A stretch of DNA of 48,488 nt, taken from IMG/VR virus record IMGVR_UViG_2597490154_000001. One strand, written 5' to 3'. The notes beneath the pieces were generated by a model. That model was given only the letters and a program-made list of their open reading frames with translations, made no database searches and had not been told where the DNA came from. This DNA is from a virus. Its lineage: Duplodnaviria > Heunggongvirae > Uroviricota > Caudoviricetes. Positions 18,961 through 27,590 of this stretch are shown piece after piece (the first letter of the stretch is position 1; the number at the start of each line of letters is the position of its first letter). The position numbers and the translations under genes were made by a program.

Positions 18961-19112
18961 ACCAATGGCGCATTTATGTCAATACGGCGGGATTTTAACA
19001 GAGACAACCACATAGCGTGGGTTTGAAAAACGGAATTTTCTGCTCATTAAGCGCATGATTTGACCAATCAAATTTGTTTGATACTGAATTTTGGGAATAT
19101 CATGTGAATATA

Positions 19113-19219
19113 AGGAACTTTAACGTGAGCGTTGGGAACTTAACGTGATTTATTGTTGAAAAAAGTTGCTTTGCATCCAATTTTTTGGATATGATTTGAA
19201 TGTAGGGAACTTCATTGTA
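19113..19219. promoter_or_regulatory. three direct repeats (GGAACTT(T)AACGTGA-like) around a putative promoter for gene 19282
   Basis: Repeats at 19113-19128, 19134-19148, 19205-19219; -35/-10-like TTGCTT/TATGAT between them. Confidence 0.4.
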
Positions 19220-19281
19220 TTGGATGTGGTTTCTTTTGAGAATGGAAATTGGTAGTGAATTTAATGCAGAGGAGGTAAAAA

Positions 19282-19854
19282 ATGACTGAACTGTCAAAAA
19301 ACTCATGTTTTTCAACAATTCACCTAATGATCATAAAAGAACTTAGGCTAGAAAGAGGTGTGCATCAAGGAGTGCTGGCTCAAGCGGCTGGAAAAACACC
19401 AAACGCATGGACAAAGATAGAGAACGGGCAGTCTGTATTAACGGTTGATGCTCTTTTTGGTGCTTGCTCTGCCCTTAATATTAGTCCAATGAATTTCATG
19501 TTGTTGGTAGAAAAACTGATTCCCGAATTTAATCGCTGTGGTTACTACTTTTTCCCTGGAACAATCGATCAGGATGAGGATAACCTTTTGCCTCTGATGC
19601 TGAGTTACTTCAACAGCAAGGGGTTTGAAGCATTGAGAAATAGGCCATTCGAAAGAGTTAGCATTAGCTCAATGGGATTCTCATTTGGGGGCGGCATCCC
19701 TGTTACTCCAACTGCTGTAATGTATTGTTGCGATGAAGCATATAGAAATTGGGTCGATAACGGCGCTGATATGGATAATCGAGATTATCTGGAGTCATCA
19801 ATAGGTCTTGGACGGTTTTTAATGAGTGAAGAAACAAAAAAACCGTCCTATTGA
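19282..19854 (+). CDS. HTH (XRE-like) N-terminal domain protein with ~110-aa C-terminal domain of unknown function
   Basis: 190-aa ORF with strong SD; stand-alone transcription unit with its own terminator. Confidence 0.55.
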   Translation: MTELSKNSCFSTIHLMIIKELRLERGVHQGVLAQAAGKTPNAWTKIENGQSVLTVDALFGACSALNISPMNFMLLVEKLIPEFNRCGYYFFPGTIDQDEDNLLPLMLSYFNSKGFEALRNRPFERVSISSMGFSFGGGIPVTPTAVMYCCDEAYRNWVDNGADMDNRDYLESSIGLGRFLMSEETKKPSY

Positions 19855-19868
19855 GGACGGTCCTTTCG
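19842..19868 (+). terminator. rho-independent terminator
   Basis: CCGTCCTATTGAGGACGG followed by T-rich tail, overlapping the stop codon. Confidence 0.6.
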
Positions 19869-20252
19869 TGCTGATCGGATTCGCGGTCCTTTCAGCATAA
19901 CGTCGTTGTACTAATACAACCACGCAAGCACAAACAGCAACTACATTCTTACCCAACTGAGGTGAATAGTCCACTATTCATATAAAAAAATTTAGCTCAT
20001 TAGCTCATGCAAAATGAAGGTTTTTAACTTATTTACGTGTAATCTTATGTAATAAAAGCGTTTTTTATTCCTTCATTATGAAGGGTATGACGTGTAATAT
20101 GGCTTGGGGCCTTTCCGCCGATTCGCACCCGGGCACTGACTTTCAGGAAAGGATTATCCACTTGCCGTACCACGCAGGCACAAACAGCGTGCTTGCTCTC
20201 GCGTCATTTTCGTCGGTGGGGATGCCGTGAAACGGCCTGTAAGGGCCACACA

Positions 20253-20375
20253 ATGAAAAAATACTACATGTGTATTTTTATCGTTGTTACTGGGGCTTTG
20301 TTTACGCCACATGGAGAGGGTTGGAAGATTACTGATAACGCTCTGAATGTGACGATAAACATTAGCAGCAAGTAG
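20253..20375 (+). CDS. small hydrophobic protein (40 aa), function unknown
   Basis: MKKYYMCIFIVVTGALF...; SD-like AAGGG 8 nt upstream; own terminator immediately downstream. Confidence 0.35.
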   Translation: MKKYYMCIFIVVTGALFTPHGEGWKITDNALNVTINISSK

Positions 20376-20380
20376 CGATT

Positions 20381-20404
20381 AGGCCCCTTCGGGGGCCTTT
20401 TTTA
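20381..20404 (+). terminator. rho-independent terminator
   Basis: AGGCCCCTTCGGGGGCCT followed by TTTTT. Confidence 0.65.
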
Positions 20405-20625
20405 TGGTTGAATTTAAACGCTGGAGCGCATTAAGCCTTTCAGAACTGCTTCACGTACCCATGCTGGCCTGGTGGATAGCAGGGCAAATAAGCGACCAGC
20501 TTGCAGCCGTTTGAGGTCGGTTAGACGAGTTTTCAGTAACCGTGTATATTGTTGCTCGGACATAACAAATTCCCCTTGTTGTGTCGCTACGGCCAACAGT
20601 TGGCGCTGGAGGCCGTCACCTTCTC

Positions 20626-20874
20626 TTACTTCTGGTTGTATTGAGCCTTGAGTAACTCAAAAGATTTTGTCAGCACTTCTTTCAATGACATATCCATTGA
20701 GCTGGCGAACGTTTTGTACTCGCGTTTAAATTCAGGGTCGACGTTAAACGCCATTTGTGCCCCACCTGATTTGGTTCTGGCTGGCGTTTCAGTCGGGTCG
20801 AAAACCTGCGGTTGTTCGATCGATGGCGGTACGCCTTTGCTGTTCTTCTTTGGTGGTTTTGATGGTGCGGCCAT
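20626..20874 (-). CDS. ParG-like small partition protein (basic, probable ribbon-helix-helix)
   Basis: 82-aa ORF immediately downstream of the ParA-like ATPase. Confidence 0.5.
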   Translation of the reverse strand: MAAPSKPPKKNSKGVPPSIEQPQVFDPTETPARTKSGGAQMAFNVDPEFKREYKTFASSMDMSLKEVLTKSFELLKAQYNQK

Positions 20875-20888
20875 GTGTATCCTCTCTT

Positions 20889-20921
20889 ATATAAATCTAT
20901 AAAACTATAATTATATATTAC
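20889..20921. repeat. AT-rich motif site (TATAAATCTATAA / ATAATTATATA family) between the two par genes
   Basis: Member of a dispersed motif family with at least 8 sites in the window. Confidence 0.6.
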
Positions 20922-21586
20922 GCGGCAGTAGTCAGAGCCTCAAGCTGGTTGATAATCCCCTGAATAACGTCGTCTGCTTTTTTGCGTGGCGCAACGTATG
21001 AGCACTCAATGAGGCTTAAGCCTTTATCCTGAGCTTTGCTCAGAGCTGGCTTGTGGGGAATGTACTTATCGACAACAAAGTATGGCGTATTAGCCAGGTA
21101 CTCTTGGGCTTCAATATAGTCAGCTTCGTTTTCAGCCGCGCCGGAAAACACCATGCAAATTTTCTTGATTGGTACACCCTTTTTAACGATGCCGTGAGCT
21201 GTGTTAACGGTGGTTTCCAGGTCATCGGTAGAGAATCTGGTTGGCAAAATAACCATATCCAGAAATTCAGAGAGCTTCGGTACTGATTCAGATGCGTAGG
21301 CACCGCCATCAACGATAACCAGGTCGTATACTTCTGATTCGATGATTTTCTGGACTTGTGATGGCGTGCCGCACGGCTGCGCCGCGATTGCAGGTTCGAT
21401 ATTGTTGGCCATTCTGCGTTGTACCCAACGCGTTACCGTTCCGTTAAGCACATCCATATCGATCAGGCATACATTCCAGCCAGCCTTTGCATAAGCAACT
21501 GCTAAAGCACGAGCAATGGTTGATTTGGTTACGCCGCCTTTTCCGTTGAAAATACCTACAGATATAGTCATTTGTCGAGACTCCAT
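20918..21586 (-). CDS. ParA/ParF-type partition ATPase (small Walker-type)
   Basis: 222-aa ORF with deviant Walker A GKGGVTKST near the N-terminus. Confidence 0.85.
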   Translation of the reverse strand: MESRQMTISVGIFNGKGGVTKSTIARALAVAYAKAGWNVCLIDMDVLNGTVTRWVQRRMANNIEPAIAAQPCGTPSQVQKIIESEVYDLVIVDGGAYASESVPKLSEFLDMVILPTRFSTDDLETTVNTAHGIVKKGVPIKKICMVFSGAAENEADYIEAQEYLANTPYFVVDKYIPHKPALSKAQDKGLSLIECSYVAPRKKADDVIQGIINQLEALTTAA

Positions 21587-21593
21587 GTGTTTG

Positions 21594-21699
21594 ATTATAT
21601 AATTCTATAAATCTATATTTATAGAATGAGGTAAGCATAACCAACTTTTTGGCGGATGAAAAGTGTTTTATATAATTATATAAATCTATAATCATATAA
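21594..21699. repeat. two AT-rich motif sites upstream of the partition operon (candidate centromere/operator)
   Basis: TATATAATTCTATAAATCTATA at 21594-21627 and TATATAATTATATAAATCTATAA at 21669-21699. Confidence 0.55.
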
Positions 21700-21721
21700 G
21701 CGGGCGTTAGCCCGCTTGCAG

Positions 21722-22096
21722 TCAGAGGTCAGCTATCGTTGATATCAGTTGATTTGCTAGCTGTCGCTGTTTACGTGAGAGGGTTAGAGCAGCTTCTGAG
21801 CGGTCGCTAAGAGGGGTGTTTTCATCGAGAATCATGAGGCATACAGAAATAATAGCCCTGTTATATGCCATCAATGGCTGGCACAGCTTCGATATCGCTG
21901 GCACATCGTATTGTAAGGCCGTTTTGAGGCAGACTTTTTGTTCTGATGCCAGATGAAGGATAGATTCTATCCAGTCGATATCTTTCTCATTATCAATGAG
22001 TTGGCATAACATACACTCAATCGCTATGTTCAACGCTTGGATTTCGATTCCAGCAGTGATCAGAGTTTCGTTTTTATTGGCTGTATGTAATTCCAT
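21722..22096 (-). CDS. hypothetical protein encoded immediately downstream of the CI-like repressor gene
   Basis: 124-aa ORF; operator-like palindrome lies between it and cI. Confidence 0.45.
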   Translation of the reverse strand: MELHTANKNETLITAGIEIQALNIAIECMLCQLIDNEKDIDWIESILHLASEQKVCLKTALQYDVPAISKLCQPLMAYNRAIISVCLMILDENTPLSDRSEAALTLSRKQRQLANQLISTIADL

Positions 22097-22130
22097 GCGT
22101 AGCCTCTTTTATACTTTTTCATGTTGTCAA

Positions 22131-22147
22131 AACCACAAATCGTGGTT
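22131..22147. promoter_or_regulatory. operator-like palindrome AACCACAAATCGTGGTT, also a hairpin
   Basis: Perfect ACCAC-N5-GTGGT palindrome followed by T7. Confidence 0.5.
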
Positions 22148-22188
22148 TTTTTGAGCGTAGAAATGCACGGCTTTCGCCGTGCTGTGTA

Positions 22189-22851
22189 TCATAACCAGTT
22201 GACAACACTAACTACGCGGCCAAGAACTTTATAACGCTTAAATTCCTCGTTATTCAGATGCTTAGTGTTCATTTCAGCATCCCTTTCGGTTGACAGCATA
22301 ACAGCATTGTCACCCGGTATGACTCTACAGTGCCTCAAAACAACCAGGCCATTTCTGTCTTCAAGGGCATAGATCCCCTCATGAATCTCTGTATCGTCTG
22401 TATTAATCAGGACTTGGGAGCCAGGGGATATTGTTGGTGACATTAGCTTTAGCTCATCGTTGCTCTGGAGAACAGACAGAGACGATGGGTTGATGTTCTT
22501 GCTTCGTAGAATCTCCTGTTCTATCGCCAGCACTGGCTTTTCTCCGGCGTGCGATGCTATGTCATTTTTTATAGCTACAAGCCCAGGAATAACAGGTGCG
22601 TTAGTATTCTGGGGTGGGAACGGGTTATCTGTTAAGCACGCGATATAAGGCGCTGATGCTTTCAGGGCGTGCGCGATTTTCTTGATGGCAGGTATAGATG
22701 GTTGTCTTAATCCGGCCTCATAGTTCTGCAAGGTGCTTAAGCCTATTCCAGTGACTTGCTGGAGATCTCCGGCAGTCATGCCGGATTGTTTCCGTAGAGT
22801 CTGAATGCGCAGACCTATTTCTTTCTTGATGTTCTCGTCGTTGCTTTTCAT
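22189..22851 (-). CDS. CI-like prophage repressor (HTH plus S24 LexA-like peptidase domain)
   Basis: 220-aa ORF; N-terminal HTH; C-terminal Ser (LMSPTISPG) and Lys (RYKVLGRVV) motifs typical of autocleaving repressors. Confidence 0.8.
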   Translation of the reverse strand: MKSNDENIKKEIGLRIQTLRKQSGMTAGDLQQVTGIGLSTLQNYEAGLRQPSIPAIKKIAHALKASAPYIACLTDNPFPPQNTNAPVIPGLVAIKNDIASHAGEKPVLAIEQEILRSKNINPSSLSVLQSNDELKLMSPTISPGSQVLINTDDTEIHEGIYALEDRNGLVVLRHCRVIPGDNAVMLSTERDAEMNTKHLNNEEFKRYKVLGRVVSVVNWL

Positions 22852-22887
22852 TTCTCATCAATCGTGAATGGGGGGGTTATTTATACA

Positions 22888-23008
22888 TTACCACATTTAG
22901 TGGTTTTCACACGGTAAGACGAGAGGTAGACCACAAATAGAAGGTTATTTTTTGTTTCCCCATTGAAAAACTCACGATTTGTGGTTTTAATACCACATAT
23001 CGTGGTTT
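22888..23008. promoter_or_regulatory. divergent cI/cro-type promoter-operator region
   Basis: Palindromes ACCACATTTAGTGGTT (22890-22905) and ACCACATATCGTGGTT (22992-23007), plus two degenerate copies. Confidence 0.6.
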
Positions 23009-23024
23009 AACTGGAGTTAGTTAA

Positions 23025-23519
23025 ATGACCTTTCAGGAGTGGGTTGATGAAAATGGAGGCCAAATTGGTGTTGCCAGAAAGTTTGGCTTTACGTCATCAC
23101 TGATTGGTGCCTGGTATCGCTTCGAGAGATTCCCTCGTGCGGATAACCTGACGCTGCTGGTGGCGTATTCGGAAGGCCGGATTAATGTCCAGCAATGGGC
23201 GGCAGATTTTGCCGAACGTCAGCGCCAGCGTAGCGATGGCACATCGGTTCGGCAGAACAAGATCAAAGGGAATCTCCCTGTTAACTGCTTATCAAGGTTG
23301 AAAGCGGTTTTCTCTGAGCTGGGAATGCCTGCGGAGCATTGCAATCTACGCGGTCCGCGATTCATTGCTCGCTGGAAACACTCACACGTAACCGTTTCAG
23401 AGGTTCGTGATGCGATTGCCATGCTGGAGTTTAAGAATAAAGATTCCAGCGATATCGAGCTGATTCATAAGGAGATTAGCAACGCTCGGCGTTCAGCACT
23501 TGGGAGGCTTGAGGAATGA
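23025..23519 (+). CDS. Cro-like HTH regulator, divergent from cI
   Basis: 164-aa ORF; position and N-terminal HTH-like segment. Confidence 0.45.
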   Translation: MTFQEWVDENGGQIGVARKFGFTSSLIGAWYRFERFPRADNLTLLVAYSEGRINVQQWAADFAERQRQRSDGTSVRQNKIKGNLPVNCLSRLKAVFSELGMPAEHCNLRGPRFIARWKHSHVTVSEVRDAIAMLEFKNKDSSDIELIHKEISNARRSALGRLEE

Positions 23520-24031
23520 TGATTCTGGCCTTCTTTGGTGATAATCACCAGATTCAATCGCAGGTGGTGCACTACCTTGATCAAACGATTAAAGGATTTG
23601 TTATCGATCATATTGATAACGATAGTAAACGTCTATCTGTAGAGCAGAAAATTGGAGGTGTGCAGCGACTGGTTGCCAGCCGTAACAGACGTGACACCGT
23701 AACAGTAGTCACGGGGATCACGGAGGTCATGGAGTACCAGATGTTGCTGCATCGTGGAGCTGTTTTCTGCGTTCTTCCTGGCATTCTGCCAGCAATTCTT
23801 GCTCGTGGTTTTGTCCCTATTGATGAGTCGTTTTTATATGTAACTCCAAGCCGTTCCCTTCTGGATTCGGAGGCGAAGCGTCGCATTTATATGCTGCCGG
23901 ACGAGGCATTTTCTGAATGTTACCGCCGTGAAATGAGGTTGGGTAAACGAGATGTGTCTGTTTCTCGTGATGGCAGGTTTTTAAGCAGCCGCACGGTGAA
24001 AAGCACCAGGAATGACGGGGGCCATCAATGA
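23516..24031 (+). CDS. hypothetical protein
   Basis: 171-aa ORF, coupled to neighbours. Confidence 0.4.
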   Translation: MMILAFFGDNHQIQSQVVHYLDQTIKGFVIDHIDNDSKRLSVEQKIGGVQRLVASRNRRDTVTVVTGITEVMEYQMLLHRGAVFCVLPGILPAILARGFVPIDESFLYVTPSRSLLDSEAKRRIYMLPDEAFSECYRREMRLGKRDVSVSRDGRFLSSRTVKSTRNDGGHQ

Positions 24032-24261
24032 GTGGTTATGTTCGCGGTGCTGCGATGCATTGCCAGAATCCCCAATTCTGGCGCTTTCTGACCAGTAAAA
24101 CAGGGAAGAACATTTCAAACAGTTCTGAGGCCTCTGTGATTCTGCGTGAGTTTTGCGGGATCTCATCCCGTAAAGAGCTGGCAAAGAACTACGCGGCCAG
24201 AAGCATGTATGTCCAGTTAATTAACGAGTTCAACCTCTTTATCAATGGTAAGGGGCGCTGA
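24028..24261 (+). CDS. hypothetical protein
   Basis: 77-aa ORF with overlapping start/stop. Confidence 0.3.
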   Translation: MSGYVRGAAMHCQNPQFWRFLTSKTGKNISNSSEASVILREFCGISSRKELAKNYAARSMYVQLINEFNLFINGKGR

Positions 24262-24665
24262 TGAACGGACGTACACCAACGAAGAAAGAGAAACTTTATA
24301 TACAAGCGGTGCTCACTCACGTGGGTTGCATAGCTTGCATTATTGATGGCCGTGAAATTGAGAATCCAGAGCTGTGGACGGAGCTACATCACGATCCTGA
24401 TTACGGCAGCGTTGATGAGAATTGCCACTTCCATAGCTTTGGGTTGTGCGCACCACATCATCGCGGTGTTGTGCCTGGTGGTGGGCGCGTGCCTCCGCAT
24501 ATTGCCGTTCGTCACCCTCCCCTGAGTAATTGTGCTCGCTTTGTTGAGCGTTATGGCACCGATGAATTTTTGTGTGCGCAGACGTGGGAGCTGTTGCCGC
24601 AGTCAGTTAAAGACGAAATTGGGTTTGATCTTAGTCTTGGTGAAGTACCAGGGGATACCAAATGA
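24261..24665 (+). CDS. Cys/His-rich putative zinc-binding protein (possible nuclease or regulator)
   Basis: 134-aa ORF with CxxC ... CxFH ... CxPHH spacing. Confidence 0.35.
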   Translation: MNGRTPTKKEKLYIQAVLTHVGCIACIIDGREIENPELWTELHHDPDYGSVDENCHFHSFGLCAPHHRGVVPGGGRVPPHIAVRHPPLSNCARFVERYGTDEFLCAQTWELLPQSVKDEIGFDLSLGEVPGDTK

Positions 24666-24994
24666 GATATACCGGCTTTCGCAAACCAGCGACCAGGAAA
24701 AGCAAATACGGCAATAAAAAAACTGTTGTCGATGATATCGCTTTTGATAGCAAAAAAGAGGCTGATTACTACTGCGAACTGAAGCTACTGAGAAAAGCTG
24801 GCCGCGTTGTGACGTTTCTTATGCAGGTGCCTTTTCATCTGCCTGGTGGTGTCGTTTATAAACTTGATTTCATGGTGTTTTATGACGATGGGTCGATTGA
24901 TTGTGTCGACACTAAAGGTGTGCGAACAGACGTCTACATCATGAAGAAAAAGCAGGTAGAGGCGCTTTATCCCGTCACGATACGGGAGATCTGA
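24662..24994 (+). CDS. hypothetical early-region protein (DUF1064-like by recollection)
   Basis: 110-aa ORF with KSKYGNKKT motif. Confidence 0.4.
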   Translation: MRYTGFRKPATRKSKYGNKKTVVDDIAFDSKKEADYYCELKLLRKAGRVVTFLMQVPFHLPGGVVYKLDFMVFYDDGSIDCVDTKGVRTDVYIMKKKQVEALYPVTIREI

Positions 24995-24997
24995 ACA

Positions 24998-25375
24998 GTG
25001 AGACGCGATCTGGATAGCTTGTTTGAGCTATGGGCGCTGTGGGTGCGCAATGGCTGCAACGCCCGTAGCGGTTTCGCGTCGATGTTAGAAATGATGATGG
25101 TTACGCGTTGCCAGTTTACCGGAGGGGGCGGCGCACCAAATGACTCACTGGAAACCAGTATCGAGGGAGCGGTGACGGCCCTCACGGTAGTTGATGAGAC
25201 TGCGGCGCTGGTTGTCCGAATTGAATACGGGGCGTGGGAGATTCGGGGCCTCGACATAAATGCACCGCATATTGATAAAGCCCACGCCCTTTCTCTTAGT
25301 CTCAGACAGTATCGCCGGAAGCTGGCAAAAGCCAGGGCGTATGTTGTCGACTATTTGAAAAAGCGAAGAGAGTGA
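24998..25375 (+). CDS. candidate Q-like late antitermination protein
   Basis: 125-aa ORF just upstream of a repeated promoter cassette; LFELWALW motif resembles the small Q-like family as I recall it; weak call. Confidence 0.35.
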   Translation: MRRDLDSLFELWALWVRNGCNARSGFASMLEMMMVTRCQFTGGGGAPNDSLETSIEGAVTALTVVDETAALVVRIEYGAWEIRGLDINAPHIDKAHALSLSLRQYRRKLAKARAYVVDYLKKRRE

Positions 25376-25432
25376 AAGTGTCATTTTGAGCTGTTTTGAT
25401 GGTGTGTAGACATCGGGAACATCGAAAATCTA

Positions 25433-25544
25433 TAAATATATAATTATAGATTTATATAAAAAGTGCTTTACAGGTGGGAAAAAATTTCCTAAGGTTATAC
25501 CCGAAACCGAGCGATACCCGCCCTGGTTAAACCGGAGAAATCTG
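25433..25544 (+). promoter_or_regulatory. copy 2 of the triplicated promoter/leader cassette (candidate late promoter)
   Basis: Identical over ~112 bp to 32064-32174; lies directly after the Q-like gene. Confidence 0.6.
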
Positions 25545-26612
25545 ATGAATAAACAAGTAATTATTTCTGACTGGATCAACAACCCTAACAGCCTGTTAAG
25601 CACTGATACTGGCTACCTATTACGCCATGTTAATGGTCGTATGGTCAAAAGCGATGAGCACGAAACCTTTTTCTTTGTTGAAGACGATGGGCGTATCTAT
25701 GAGGATGGTTACTCTTATGAAGCCCAAACTGGTTGTATCCCTGCGGAGCTGGTGGACGTAACAGAAGATCTGCGTAAAGCATGGCTTGAACAGCAGCAGC
25801 GCGGAGATGATTACGTAAACACCTATCAGGAACGCCAGAACGCGCGTCTTGCCCGATATATTGCTCGTGCAGAAAAAGCCAGAAAAGAAGGTGCGGTAGC
25901 GCATAAGCGAGCGCATGACCTGTTGGATGTGATCCCGTTAGGCCAGCCGATTTTAGTTGACCATTATAGCGCGAAAGGCCATCGCCGCCGTTTGTCTAAA
26001 GCTGATGCGTTATTCAGAAAAGCGTTTGTTGAATGCGAAAGTAAAGCATCACACTACGAGAGCAAAGCCGCAGGTGTTGGTCGTAATGGAATTTCGTCTG
26101 ATGATCCTGATGCGCTATTTAAGTTGCTTCGTAAGCTGCAAGGCTGCATGAAGTCACACGTCAAAATGAAGGCCGCAAATAAGGCCATTCGCAAATACAA
26201 AAAAGACCAATTACAGCAGCTTTCTGCATTAATCGATCTCAGGTTTACAGAAAGCGAAGCCAAAGAGTTACTGGCCGGAGATTTCTGTGGGCGCATCGGA
26301 TTCCCTTCATACGCACTGAGCAACAATAACGCCGAGATCAAACGACTACAGAGCCGTATTAAGGAGCTTGAATCGGTCAAGTCTGTAACAGGAGCACAGC
26401 GCGAAGAATACGACGACTTTTCTATGAAGATAGATCCAGAGGATAACCGCATCCTGTTTTATTTCCCTGGCAAACCAGAGGCAAACATTCGTTCGCTGCT
26501 TAAATCACGCGCCTTTAAGTGGAGTCCAACCCGTAATGCATGGGTTCGCAAGATTACTCCAAATGCCCTGGCTGATGCCCGATATCTGAAAGAATCGCTA
26601 TTGAAAGCCTGA
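25545..26612 (+). CDS. hypothetical protein (355 aa, coiled-coil rich)
   Basis: Driven by cassette copy 2; no confident family assignment. Confidence 0.5.
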   Translation: MNKQVIISDWINNPNSLLSTDTGYLLRHVNGRMVKSDEHETFFFVEDDGRIYEDGYSYEAQTGCIPAELVDVTEDLRKAWLEQQQRGDDYVNTYQERQNARLARYIARAEKARKEGAVAHKRAHDLLDVIPLGQPILVDHYSAKGHRRRLSKADALFRKAFVECESKASHYESKAAGVGRNGISSDDPDALFKLLRKLQGCMKSHVKMKAANKAIRKYKKDQLQQLSALIDLRFTESEAKELLAGDFCGRIGFPSYALSNNNAEIKRLQSRIKELESVKSVTGAQREEYDDFSMKIDPEDNRILFYFPGKPEANIRSLLKSRAFKWSPTRNAWVRKITPNALADARYLKESLLKA

Positions 26613-26644
26613 CAGTAAGCCTACGGCGGGATGTCTCCCGCCGT

Positions 26645-26677
26645 ATATAGAATTATATATTTATATAAATGTATAAG
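26645..26677. repeat. AT-rich motif site
   Basis: TATATAGAATTATATATTTATATAAATGTATAA. Confidence 0.5.
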
Positions 26678-26689
26678 GACGCCTCGACA

Positions 26690-26971
26690 ATGAAACGCAA
26701 AATTATTAACCCCCAAGATGTGATTAATTTCCTGACCGATCACCCATGTTCAAAAGTGGACGTAATCGCGGAGCACATTGGTGTGTCGCAGAACTCTATG
26801 CGTTGCAGACTGAGAAGCATGGTTGCCGAAGGACAGATAACAACCAGGAAAATAAATGGTTGCCTGTACTACTCCGCTAAACCGGAATTGCCATTTGGCA
26901 TGAATCCTAACTCCATGTTGTTTAACACCTTATTAGCCAAAGTTAAGCCGTTGAGAGGGGCTGTGGCATGA
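26690..26971 (+). CDS. small putative winged-helix DNA-binding protein
   Basis: SD AAGGA before ATG 26690; ORF track start 26669 lacks an SD. Confidence 0.4.
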   Translation: MKRKIINPQDVINFLTDHPCSKVDVIAEHIGVSQNSMRCRLRSMVAEGQITTRKINGCLYYSAKPELPFGMNPNSMLFNTLLAKVKPLRGAVA

Positions 26972-27333
26972 GCATCAAAACCCATACCGGAATAATCATC
27001 ACCATTGATGGTGAGAAAAAAGTGAAGTTACGCGAAACGCCGACAACCTGGTGTGTTGGTCCGAAAGAAACATATCGCAAGGAAGATGGCCGTCGTTGTG
27101 GCGCACCACTTTCCCGCCGTCGCCTCCTTTTGAGCACGATAAAACCTATCGGGCAGGTTGAGCAACCAACGACTTTGGTAACGAAGATTTCAGACAAGAG
27201 TCTGGCAAACCTGATCGCTGATGCGGACAAGGTGCTGGAGCGAAACACCCCCGTTGCAGATGAGGAATGGTGGCAGGATTTCCGAGCCGCAATGCTAGAG
27301 CTTCAGGAACGTCGTCGGGAGGAGTTGAAGTGA
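26968..27333 (+). CDS. hypothetical protein
   Basis: 121-aa ORF. Confidence 0.4.
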   Translation: MSIKTHTGIIITIDGEKKVKLRETPTTWCVGPKETYRKEDGRRCGAPLSRRRLLLSTIKPIGQVEQPTTLVTKISDKSLANLIADADKVLERNTPVADEEWWQDFRAAMLELQERRREELK

Positions 27334-27590
27334 GTGGATCAAATTGTCGAATTAATGGCAATCGAATAGAGCCGTGTGCTGCATTGGCAAAGTCTCTTGA
27401 GCACGATGCTGAATGCTCAGTAAGAAAAGGCTTACTGCTATACAAAATCTGGAATGAGAGTTTAACCCGTGGACCTGATTTGGTGATGTTGCGTTCCGGT
27501 GAGTTTTCTAAATCACCTATTCGAGTCTCATTTTGCCCATTCTGTGGTGAAAGTCTGAAAACGTGGGAAGCGGAGGCAACCAGTGAATAA
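27330..27590 (+). CDS. small zinc-ribbon protein
   Basis: GTG start overlapping the upstream stop; C-terminal CPFCGE motif. Confidence 0.3.
   Translation: MSGSNCRINGNRIEPCAALAKSLEHDAECSVRKGLLLYKIWNESLTRGPDLVMLRSGEFSKSPIRVSFCPFCGESLKTWEAEATSE

Noticed and set aside
22871-22877. G7 homopolymer in the cI/cro intergenic region as a phase-variation switch
   Set aside because: It lies between operator palindromes without defining a promoter spacer or reading frame; too little evidence to call
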